64,000 nucleotides of DNA from Cycas panzhihuaensis (Eukaryota > Plantae > Cycadophyta): contig CM041465.1 in assembly GCA_023213395.1 (NCBI GenBank), forward strand, positions 150,605,741 to 150,669,740, in the 5' to 3' direction. The notes beneath the pieces were generated by a model that was given only the letters and a program-made list of their open reading frames with translations, searched no databases and was not told the origin of the DNA. Positions 12,855 through 24,329 of the stretch are shown here, piece by piece. Position 1 is the stretch's first letter, and every line of letters begins with the position of its first letter. Made by a program: the position numbers and the translations under genes.

Positions 12855-13866
12855 TCATTTGAATTGAATAGAAAAGTAACAACTTAATCTAATTAAAACA
12901 AGTCAAATTTAATATTTACATTGTATTTGTATCATACTTGATAATATTCTTACAAATATGCTTATTTTTTGGGCTCAAATAAGCATTTTCTAGGCTGCTA
13001 CAATAACTTGGGAATGAACAAAAGAGTGTTGGTCTCTTTCTTAATTATTACATCCTCCCTAGAATGTTTTTCTAGCAATCTTAATGTGGGGATTTACCCT
13101 CTGTTCAATCATAAACTCACTTTTCTTAAAGGTTTAAGACTTGGAGTCTCTTGTGGACTGCTTCTATTGTCTTTTTACTTCTCCTTAATTATGTCTAAAA
13201 CTTTTAGGTCTCCTTCCCACCTCATAAATAGATTTGGGCTAATTTATTTTTTCCATACTCTTCCCTATTCATTCAACTTCCCTCCCCCCCTATTTGTTTT
13301 ATTTTATTATTTTTTTCTTCTTTTATATCTTAATTTTTCTTCATTTATAACTAATTAAAAAATAGTTTAAAAACTTATTTCTATCTCTCATTAAGTAATT
13401 GATAGGTGTATGATTGTGCTGGGTAAATTTTATGATCATTAGATAACTTTTTTTACTGTCAATTATAGTCAAGTCACACTTGGTCATACCTAGTTATAAT
13501 TGTTTATAATCTCATCACACTTGGTTGGAGTCTAGTTGTACCTGGTTGCACCTAGTTATAATATGGTTGCACTTGGTTATAGTCTGGTCATACTTGATTG
13601 CACTTGCTCATAGTCTAGTCACACTTAGTTGCAATCTAATCACACCTAATTATATTCTAGTCACACCTAGTTATATTCCAGTCGCACCTAGTTACACCTG
13701 GTCATACCTACTCATAGTTTGGTTGTATCTACTCATACTTGGTAATACATATTTTTCATTTTTTAGAAAATAAAAATCTATTTTTTTACTTGTTGAATGC
13801 TGGAAACACTTGTGAGACTCTATCCAAAGAGGAAAATAAGGATTAAAAAGGATCTAATTTGGGTTA
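12855..13866 (-). repeat. 3' LTR of the CRM-like element, with an internal ~11-bp tandem array (13470-13745)
   Basis: Aligns with 24330-25334; ORF-track peptides 12969-13358 and 24444-24843 are near-duplicates. Confidence 0.85.
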
Positions 13867-13899
13867 GAACTCCCTTTCTTTTAGAAGTTCATGGCCTCA

Positions 13900-16800
13900 T
13901 GAACATCACAATTATAAGCGAGAGAACTTAACTCTTCCCTTCTCCTTGTTATACCATCTCACTTTGTTGGGTAGTTATCCTTTCTCTCTAATCTTGAAGG
14001 ACTCAATTATGTATCTTTTGGTTATGGTCTACTTCCTTTAAAGAATGTAATCAATTTGTAATAGTGCTTCTTTCTCCACTTACAACTCCTCTGGATTTGG
14101 CAAGAGTCAAACACCATCTTCATCTTTGTCCAGCATAGATGGCTTGAATATCTTAAAATTCTTAGCATTTATAATTAAATACATATTCATGAATTCTTAT
14201 AATTTAAGTTAGAAAGTATTTTCTTCAAGATTTTAAAAGGACCATAATGTGAAGGCTTTAACTTTTTACCTTCACCCTACAATATTTTCTTACTAAGATG
14301 TAACTAGACTCGATATCCTTCCTTGAAGGAATGGTTGGTTCTATGTGAATCATGACTTTATTTATATCTTTACTGAGATCTTTGAAGTTGCTCCTTAACA
14401 TATTGATAAAATGTTTCAATTCGTTCCAAGAATATTTGCACCTTCTCATGTCCTTCTTTCTCCTTTCCATTTCCAATAGTAAATTGGGCTAAAAATTCTA
14501 AATCAAATGGGCTTATAGGTAAAAATCCTAAACATACATCAAATTGTAACTTTTGAGTTGAGCTATAAATTTCTCTATTGAAGGTAAATTGTAGGTATGG
14601 GAGATTTTCATCCTAAGTCTTGGGATGCTTAGCATTATACCCTTGAAGTAATTGCACTAATGTCATATTAACAACTTTAGTCTGGTTGTCTATTTGAGGA
14701 TGGAGATCTGTGCTCATCTTCAATTTTGTATCCATCATCTCCTAAAGAGCTTACCAAAAATAGCTCAAAAATATGTTGTCTTGATTAGAAATGATAGAGT
14801 TTGGAAGCCCAAAATGCTTCCAAACATGTTGAAAAAATAATTTAGTTATGTCTTCTACTTTATGTGTCTTCCTATAGGGAATTAACACCACCATTTTACT
14901 GAATTGATCAACAACTGTAAACAAATAATCCATACTATTTTTTGTATGTGGTAGTCCTCCAAGCAAATCCATGGAGATATTCTTCCATGGTCATGATGGA
15001 ATGTGAAGTAGAGTGTACAATCCCAACTTCTTATTAGTTGGCTTTGATGTGCTACATAATGTACATCTTCATACTATCATAGTCACATATTGTTGTATAT
15101 TGGGCTAATACATATATCACTGTAAATTTAGTAATGTTTTTTCCACTCTAAAGTGTCCTACTACTTGAGAGGTATGAGCTTCTCTTACCTACTTCATTTG
15201 GTTTACATGCTTTGGAATATAAAGCTTATAATACTTGAAGAGTAGACTGTTTCTTAGCTAAAAATCATCAACTATTTTTTCCTACTATAGCTACTCTAAA
15301 ATGGGCTTGAATGCCTCATCTCCCGTGTACAAACCTACATACTCATCATGGTAAAAAGGCTAAAATTATAGAGTTATTAATAAGCTAGAAATACCTTACT
15401 GTTAAGGAGGTCTAGATAATAAGTCTATAATTTTATTTATTGAGCCTTTCTTATACATGACTACGATGTGAAACTACTACAAATATGACATCTACTTCAT
15501 GTGCCTAGCCTACTATAATTTGGACTATGTCTATAAGAATTGTAAAGGCTTATGGTTGGTGTGGATGACCACCTCTTTTCCTAATAAGTAAGGTCTCCAA
15601 TGCTTGATTACTTGAAGTAATGCATAGAGCTCCTTATTATAAGTTGGGTATTTTTTTATAGCTTTGTTAAAAGTCTCTGGTTGATATGCCATTAGTCTTC
15701 TCTCTTGCTTCAACACTGCTCCCATGGCATAGCCTGAAGCATCAGTCTCTAACTTGAATGGTTTTTACAATGGTGTTAAGGCTAACATTGACATTTCATA
15801 AATTTTCTACTTTATAAGCCTAAAAGCTTTCTCTTACTCATACTCCTAATAAAATTTGCATGCCCTCCCATCAATTCATATAGAGGTGTTATAATTTGAG
15901 AGAATTTAAAAATAAATTTTCTTAAATATTGACAAGCATCAATGAAACTCCTTATTTGTGGTTGTATTAGGTGTGGGCCAATTGAGAATGACTCTAATCT
16001 TTGCTAGGTCAATTTTTAATTCTTCTCCTCTAATTACAAATCCTAAGAAGACAAGAGATTACTTCCTAAACTAATTTAGGTTTTAGTTACTGTTGTTAAA
16101 GCACTTTGAGCACTTACTCAACATGTTAGATGTTCTCCTCATAAGTTTGACTAAAAATTAGAATATCATTGAGATAAACAATAATAAAATCATCAATAAA
16201 AGGTTTCAATACCTCATTCATCAACCTCATAAAGTGGTAGGTGCATTGCATAAACTGAAAGGCATCACCATCCATTCGAACAACCCTTGATTTAATTTGA
16301 AGACTCTCTTCCAAGTGTCCTTCTCCTAGATTCGAACTTGATGGTAGCCTGATTTCAAGTCCAACTTATTGAAATATCTTGCAAATTGTAGTCAGTCTAA
16401 CAAGTCATCTATCCATGGTAAGGAATGCCAATTCTTTATCATACTCTTATTTAATACCTGATAGTCAATGCATATTCTCTAGCCTCCATCTTTCTTTAGC
16501 ACCAAAATAATAAGTGAACTGTAAGGGGAACAACTTGTCTTTATCTCTCTTTACTCTAAGAGTTCTTGAATCTACTTCTTAATCTCTTCATTCTCCAAAA
16601 TAGAGTTTTGAAAGAGACTAAGATTGGGAAAAGGTGTATAAAAAACTAACTAGATTTCATGTTTAATTTCCCTCTTAGGGGTGGCCCTTTTGGCTCATAG
16701 AATACATCATTATGCCTATTCCTTAGGCCTTCAATCTGCTATAATTATTTTCTATTTAGTGCTTATGTTGAGGACTTTGCTTGCTCTTTTTCTTCTAATA

Positions 16801-18400
16801 TTTGCTTCATCATTAGTAGCATAAATTTCTTACAAGTATTAATCAATCACTTTACTTGTTAGGAGGATATGAGGGAGATCTTCTTTTTAGGTTTTGATGT
16901 ATTAATTAGATATGCTTTATTATCCTTGATGAGTCAAATCTTTCTCAGTATCTTGTGATAAACTCCATCTCTATCATAGAGATATGGACTGCCAAACACA
17001 ACTTGATAAATATCTAGGGGAACCACTTTACATTCAACCTTATCAATGAACCTTTCTAAAATTGTAAACTTGAATTTGCATTGGTGAGTAACCTGTAGTT
17101 TTATATGTTTTTGCAACCATCCAAGAGGATATGGTTTTGTATGTACATACATCTTTAATACTAGCCTCTTCACTAATGCCTCTTATATTAAATTCTTTTA
17201 TCTTCCTCCATCAAAGATAACATTAATCATGACTTGTTTCACCTGGATTCTCACCATAAAAAGCTCCTCTATAATCTTTGGATTAACCTATTTATGGTTA
17301 CTTTTAGGTTTAGTGTTAGCCATGAGTATCAACTTCTCATTAACTTCTTTAGTGCTATAAATATCTCCTTCTCCTATGGTATTACTTAAATCTTTACATT
17401 CAATTTTAGCTTTATATTTTCCCTTGTTCTTGGGTTGCTTCTTTGGATATAAAAACCAACACTCTTTAATTCTATGTCTTGCCTGTTTGTAATGCATGTA
17501 AGAGACTTTTATTTGAGTGGTATTGGCTTGCTTCTTCTTGCCAAAACCCCTAATTGGTTATTATCCTAGTTTTCCTAAAAACGTTTTTTCTTGAGGAGGT
17601 TTGTTGCTATCTTCTTAAGGTATAAACTTTTTTCTCTCTATATAAATCTTCTTGTTCCTCTTCTTAATAACAATCACTTTCTTAATAGCCTCATTAAGGG
17701 TTTTTACTTTGAACATCTAGACTTCCTATTTAATATATTGGTGTAGACCTCTAATATATTTCAACTTTATATCTTTGTTATTTAATGAAATTCTTAACAC
17801 AACAACTTTCTTCTAAAATTCTATTGTATAATCTTAGACATTTTGGCCCCTTTCTTGTCTATAATATTGCCATTTAATCTATTACTATTCTTCATGCCTA
17901 ATGGGACATAATTACTTCTTAATAAGGGCTTTAAATTACTATCATGTTATCTCAGCCATATTATGGGATTTTAGATATGCATTCCACTAGACCAATACAC
18001 GTTTGAAGAGTTTTAGACTGATAAAAGTGATCTTCTACTAGTTCTTATACCCATAAATTGAGAAATATATCTCTAATTGGTCTAGCTAATTATCTAGCTT
18101 CTCAGCATCTAGAGTTCCATCATAGATGGGTAATTCTAGTTTTATCTCAACCTTGAATATATGTGCTACCATGGGCTTCTCTAAAGATGGATTTTTGTCT
18201 CTTTCCTCCTCATCTTGTTGGTCATCTACATGTCCTTCTTGGGTACCTTCACTTGCCTCCTCTTTTATTAGTTCATCTTCTTCTTTCTTCTTACCTTTGG
18301 CTATGGAAGAAGACACAGCCTATTAAGATACAGGTTGTACCATAAGCTAAGTTAATCTTTTAAGATTTTTCTCCATTTTCAAGAATCTTTTCTCCATTTA
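13900..18400 (-). pseudogene. gag-pol: Degenerate gag-pol of the CRM-like element (gag, protease, RT, RH, INT, C-terminal chromodomain-like segment)
   Basis: gag ELPIYDGTLDAEKLDN; protease HTKPYPLGWLQ; [30 protein letters not shown]; RH YPTYNKELYAL..WRPYLLG; INT MDLLGGLP..VVDQFSKM; C-terminus IDYIL*RK*TITKRYIIESFKIREKG*LPNKVRWY (~13950-14060). Confidence 0.85.
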
Positions 18401-18412
18401 TTACTTTAGATC

Positions 18413-18848
18413 TGTTGGAGTTAATCATCATCACTCCACTCCCAGCTTGCCAACCAGGATTGTACACCTCATCAACTTCAATTTAGACATGTGATGCTCA
18501 ACATGTCAAGGTAAGTTAAGGTAAGTTTAACTTTAATTTAAGTTAGTTTCATTTGAGTCAAGTTAACTTTATTTTATTATTATTTTGAATTCAGGGGTTG
18601 AGGAGTTTCCCTTCTCCCCCAAATTATAAATATTGAGGGGTGTACAACCCTGGTGTCTTTAGACACCGCCCTCATTTGAGAAATTTGTATTGCTCACTTT
18701 CAACAATAGATTGAAGATTCAAGCTCTCATGTTTATGCTACTATTGTGCAACATTGTATTGAAGATTTATATTGGAATATTAATATTTTTATCTATTGAT
18801 TATATGATATATGTTTTGCCCTGTTCTCTTGCTATTCTTTTTTCAACA
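18413..18848 (+). repeat. 5' LTR of the non-autonomous copia element
   Basis: TGTTGG...TCAACA; direct repeat of 23718-24153 with roughly 30 mismatches by eye. Confidence 0.9.
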
Positions 18849-20633
18849 TTTGGTATCAGAGCAGGTGATTGCTGATCTGTAAAGTTTTTTCAAAGAAGCA
18901 AGAAGTTTCTTGAAGCAGATTTGCTCACAGCAAGCAATATTGGTTCTATACATTTTCTGCAAATTTTTTTAGTAAACTTCTTATATTTTTCATCAAGAGT
19001 TGACTATTATTGAGTTATTTTGTGACATAACAAATATACTTCAGTTTTTTCAGATTTATGTAGATTTTTTACTATATTTCCAAATCTACAAAGGAGATCA
19101 ACATATTTCAGCAGCAAGCTATATTTTATTTAGAATTTTCTCATATTTGAGATATAGCTTTTTCAGATCTATAATTTTTTATCATATATTTAACATTTTT
19201 TCAAGTATATTTGTCTATTTTATCTAATATTTTTTGTAGATCTGCAAAGGAGATCAGTTGCATGCAAGATTCATATAGTTTTTCTTCAAGATCTGTAATT
19301 TTTACTTTAGATCTACCATAATTTTCTATAGATCTGGCTTATATTTTTTAGATCTTCTCTTTCTATCAAATATTTGATAGTTTCTTGGTTTATTCTATTT
19401 AAATATTTAATATTTTATTTAAATCTATTACATTTTACTTCAGATCTATTTATTTGAGTAGTTATTCAACTGTTTATCTGGTATATTCATTTAGATCTGC
19501 AATATTTGGCTATAGATCTGTTATACTTACGCCAGATCTGCAATATTTAGCTTAAAATCTGTAATATTTTCTCAAGTTTTCTTTAGATTTGTTATATTCT
19601 CTTTCAGATCTATATTTTTTCATCATATATTTGATGATATTTTTTCAAGTTTGTTACAGATCTACAGTTTTTTGGGGCATATTCAGCCATCTAGAGAAAC
19701 ATCTATAATAGATTTGTATACTGGAGAATGCACTTGGAAATTTGAAGAAGCCTGCTATAAATACGTTTCTAGGTTCTTCTTACTTCATCTTTCAGATCTA
19801 CATATACTTTTTTTTATATATATCTGCTCAACATATTTCTTTAAAACATTTCAAATATAGATATATAAGCATTTTTTATGATATACTTTCTTCAAATATT
19901 TAAAATTTTTTTAATATTATGACTCTATTGTATGAGTATATTCTTACATTAAGTTTTTTTACTATTATTTTTTGAGGAAATTTCTATAAAATCTCTGTGC
20001 ATATATAAAATAATTACATTTTTCAATTGACTTTAAAATAGATTTGTCCATATTTATATTCAACACAAATTGAAGAATTTGCTAAATTTATAAATTAGTA
20101 ATCTTCGGTTTTTTTTTGCAAGGATACCCTTGCTCCATCATCTCTGTAAGCAATGATAAAACTCTATTACAAGAACTCCATTTTCATACACAACTTCAAG
20201 CCTCAGTTAGAAACCCAAAGGGATTCAAAGTGCATTCTATTTACATATTTAAAAGCCAATACAAAAACCCTCATGCTTAAAGAAAAATAAAGACATAAAA
20301 ACCCTAGATATCTCCAGAGATCTTGGCTGCAGTCAGCCTTAAAAATACTCGAAGAGCCTAAGTCTATTCAGGCTACGCCACTTTGACTCTTATTACGCTA
20401 AATACGAAGTGCAAGGAGACTATTACATATCAACAAAACCTCAATATCCTTCATACAAAAAGGCACCTTCATCATAAATGATAGCTGCATGAAGAAGCTT
20501 CTCCTCTTCAACAATTTTATTTTGGGCTAAAGTGCTAATTGTTGTACTTTGGTGAGATCCCAACCCATAGGATTTGAGAGCATCTGCCATAACATTTTCA
20601 ATAGAAGTGTAGGCTATAGTAATCATTTCTATT

Positions 20634-21142
20634 CTGCTCTTTTATGTCTTCATGTGCTCACATTAAATTCAGGTTCTATAATTGCTCGTGGAACCCTTGG
20701 TCTGCTTTCAACAGTTGTGTGCTTGATATACTAGTCTCTGATGTAGAGTATTTTGTCATGCTTCCTAAGAAGGAAAGGATGTGTATAACTTGTTGTTGAG
20801 AAGACATAACAATGCTCTTCTCAGCATTAAAATGATATGCAAGCTCCGGTTCAATGTATGATAGGTACAAGATAGGAGCATTAAGCTGCTAATCCAAAGA
20901 AAGATCACCAAGATAAAAGAGAGACATATCAAGATTTTTCGTACAACATCTATGTTCCCCGTTGCTGCCTCATTATGTGCATATGCTCCACATAATAGCA
21001 AATCCTGACGATCCTTTTTTAGTAGCACTTTAAAAAGAGGTCGTGATGCAGTGACTCTGGTATTTGTAGAATTTATTTCAATAGCTGTGAATCCTTCGGT
21101 GATCAGAAGGACCTCTTTTAAGCTATAACTTGTAAGGAACAC
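20634..21142 (-). pseudogene. NRDE2: Captured fragment of the plant NRDE2 gene (nuclear RNAi defective-2 homolog), antisense to the carrier element
   Basis: VFLTSYSLKEVLLITE...RPLFKVLLKKDRQDLLLCGAYAHNEAATGNIDVVRKI/FDMSL...NAPILYLSYIEPE...VIHILSFLGS...SSTQLLKADQGFHEQL matches the recalled plant NRDE2 segment KSDRQDLLLCGVYAQREAASGN...RVFDMAL...PLLYLWYAE...HILCYLGS...QILRARQGFREKL. It has one frameshift and two stops. Confidence 0.8.
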
Positions 21143-21570
21143 TTGCTTGTAGATTTTTTAAATTTACAGTTACACTATCTGAAGCCGATACAGAGGGTAG
21201 AGAACAATTTTCTCTAGTTTATGTTTCATCATCAGTAAATATATCTTCTATTACATGTAGGCTAACACTCTTATTTACATCTTCCAAATCTCTATTACTG
21301 GTTGGAGTCCCAACCCTTGCATTCGCCTGCGTTTCCTTTCCCTAGGGATTTCTTTGTTCTACAATCGCTGGATCCGCTCTCGTGGCGGCTTTGCATGATA
21401 GCCCTCTGCAATCCCACGGTGAGATAGATGTGGATTCAACTTTGCATCTCCACACGAATCTTGTGACAATGACGCATATTGGCGTGACTCATTTCCTAAA
21501 AAAAAATTAATTTCTATTTTTTACACATATATTGTTTATAAAATTTATAAAAATTAAGCTTAATTTTATA

Positions 21571-21727
21571 ATTTTTGAAGTCTAGGGTTTAAAGGGATTA
21601 AGCCCCTTCCTCTCTGAGCCCCTTGGCTTTTCACTTTTATATAAACCTTTTTTAATTTTTTATTTTTGAAGTCTAGGGTTTAAAGGGATTAAGCCCCTTC
21701 CTCTCTGAGCCCTTGAGGCTTTTCACT
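21571..21727. repeat. Direct duplication of ~65 bp (21571-21635, 21662-21727) containing TAGGGTTT and short hairpins
   Basis: Near-identical copies are visible in the sequence. Confidence 0.9.
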
Positions 21728-22963
21728 AGATTATTAGTTTCTAACGAAACTAGTTCCATTGGATCAAACATTTTCTGTAGATCAATTTTGACTAGTCATA
21801 TGACCAATTTGGTGCTGATTTGACCCCGTTTCAGTCGATTTAAAGTCAATCAACCATTTTTTCAACCTTTTTTAAACTTTTTATAAAATAATTTTTTGAA
21901 CTGATTATATTTTACTACCGGGAAATTATTTTCTGCCTGGATCTATTCTAAAGTGATCTACATTCAACAAACTTCATTACCCACCTTTTATTTTATTTTT
22001 TAGAATTCATTTTGACTACTATTTTAATCGCCGAATGTGGCATTTTAGTGGTTTTTAGCATTTTTCTTAACATTTTACTATAAAGGTACATGTTACTATT
22101 TATGCTAGAACTTTTTTGTTTGACATCCAAATTTAGTTTCGTTAGTTTTGTTGGGAATCTAACTCAATTATCTTTGACCTGATATATTTTTTTATACATT
22201 TTAATAAATTTTTACTAATTTTCAAATCGCTCAAAGTAGAGGTACTTTATTACTTTAAATCTATCATATTTACACATTTTTATATATAAAATTTCAAATT
22301 TTTTCAATTGAAAGTATATTTGGTAATCTCATAAATGATATTTGATTATCTTATATCATTTTACAAGTATTTTATTGGCATTTTTATATAATTTTGAACC
22401 CCCTACTCCTGTTGTGCCTCAAAATAAGGCCTGCTCCTTTGATTTATTAACATTTGACTTGTAGGAACCCGTTTTCAAAACGGTCAATTCCGTTGGATTC
22501 ATATTTTTTTTATCTTCATACTCGTGAAGTTTCACCTTATTCTGATATTATTTAGTATACTTTTGAAGTTGCTAAACTTAAGTATTTAACATACCCCTAC
22601 ATTTGAAAAAATCAAAATGTTAAAAATTTTATTGTTTTTTATCATCAAAGTTTATTTCAAATTTGCATACTTAAAGGATCTTTTATTACATTCAAACTCA
22701 CTTTTATATTTATTTTATTTCAAATTATACTTGAAAAGTATATCAAAGATTATTTCAAAGGCATACATATATTGAAAGCATTTATCATTATTGCAAAGAT
22801 TATTTTCTTATTACACCTATAAAGGTTGTATTCAATTGACTCATTTTCAAAGGGCATTATTTTTTTAAAAGAGGATATTTGACATCATATCATACATTAT
22901 TCATTTATTGACTCTTTTGATTTGGTAAAAGCATACTTTATATGTTCTAAAGTTTTTTACAAC

Positions 22964-23485
22964 ATGGCATAATTTCCTATTTTTCATGGTCATAACTTTT
23001 CCCTATAGCACAAGACTATGCAAGACTATTTTATTGAACATGATCTTTTGAAATATTTACAATATGAATGTGATCTAAGTATCAAAGAAAATTGTAGAAA
23101 GGATAATAAAGCATTAGGTTTATTATTTTACACTATGAATGATGATGTTTTTTCAAAGGTTTATGAATTAACTACTTCTAAATCAGTTTGGCATGTATTG
23201 ATTTCCACTTATAGGGGAGATACCCTCCTTGTATTTGATGATATTTATGTTGAGCATGTGAGACAGATGATAGAACAGGTGGATTATGATGACAAAACCA
23301 ATGAAGATTCTGATCAAATGCAGGACCAACTTGCTACACAAGGATTTGATCCTCTATTTGAGGGGGAGAATGAAAATGAATCATATGACATGATAGAGAA
23401 TGAATCTAATATGACAAAAAAGGAATCTTATGATATGATAGTTATTGATAGCATACTGATTATAAAAGATAAAGTTCAAATTTAA
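22964..23485 (+). pseudogene. gag: Copia gag N-terminal domain followed by an acidic tail
   Basis: MA(Q)FPIFHGHNFSL(W)HKTMQDYFIEHDLLKY...KDNKALGLLFYTMNDDVFSKVYELTTSKSVWHVLISTYRG, a typical copia gag N-terminus. Confidence 0.8.
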
Positions 23486-23717
23486 ATTTTTCTCAATGTT
23501 ACAATTGTCAAAGTAAAAAATACAACTATTCATCTACATTCAAATCAAGCATTATTTACTTACAGTTTTTTCACATTACTTTATGGTAAAGAGACAAATA
23601 TTGTAAGAAGGTTGAAGCATGTTGATAAAGATCAAAATTTTAAAGTTTTTTTCAAGTACAAGTTCCGTAAGTTCAAGGAAAAGATTTAAGTGTTCATGAT
23701 GATATTACAGGGGAGAA

Positions 23718-24153
23718 TGTTGGAGTTAATCGTCATCACTCCACTCTCACCTTTCCAACCAGGATTGTACACCTCATCAACTTCAACTTAGACATGCGAT
23801 GCTCAACATGTCAAGGTAAGTTAAGGTAAGTTTAACTTTGATTTAAGTTAGTTTCATTTGAATTAAGTTGACTTTATTTTATTATTATTTTAAATTCAGG
23901 GGTTGAGGAGTTTCCTTCCTCCCCCAAATTATAAATATTGAGGGCTATGAAACCCTGGTATCTTTAGACACCACCCTCATTTAGAAAATTTGTATTGCTC
24001 ACTTTCAACAATGGATTAAAGATTCAAGCTCTCATGTTTATGCTACTATTGTGCAACATTATATTAAAGATTTGTATTGGAATATTGATATTTTGATCTA
24101 TTGATTATATGATATATGTTCTGCCCTATTCTCTTGCTATTCTTTTTTCAATA
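23718..24153 (+). repeat. 3' LTR of the non-autonomous copia element
   Basis: Direct repeat of 18413-18848, preceded by the PPT. Confidence 0.9.
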
Positions 24154-24329
24154 GGATCTACCATCTTCCATTGTTGTTTATGCTCATTTTCAAGAGGTTC
24201 CATCAAGGGTTCTCCAATCACTTGATATTGAAAGTTGATTTTCATAAAATCTTTTAACATAGTAACATAATAAGTTTTCTTATTCCTAAACTCAGAAGGT
24301 TAGGAACCACACTTTAATACCAAAAATAT

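Larger units (their letters stand above)
18413..24153 (+). mobile_element. Non-autonomous copia-type (gag-only, TR-GAG-like) LTR element carrying captured host sequence
   Basis: 436-bp LTR pair, PBS TGGTATCAGAGC at 18851-18862, PPT AGGGGAGAA at 23709-23717, TSD AGATC/GGATC. No RT or INT between gag and the PPT. Confidence 0.9.

Noticed and set aside
12969-13773. Hydrophobic ORFs as membrane or env proteins (also 24444-24843, 27012-27329, 33885-34124)
   Set aside because: They lie in T-rich LTR sequence, and the frames are not maintained between the two LTR copies.
20118-20160. PPR-like peptide LSLLTEMMEQGYP
   Set aside because: Too short to support an assignment.
20441-21142. Functional host NRDE2 gene
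   Set aside because: Only an internal ~170-codon fragment, with a frameshift and stops, enclosed between paired LTRs.
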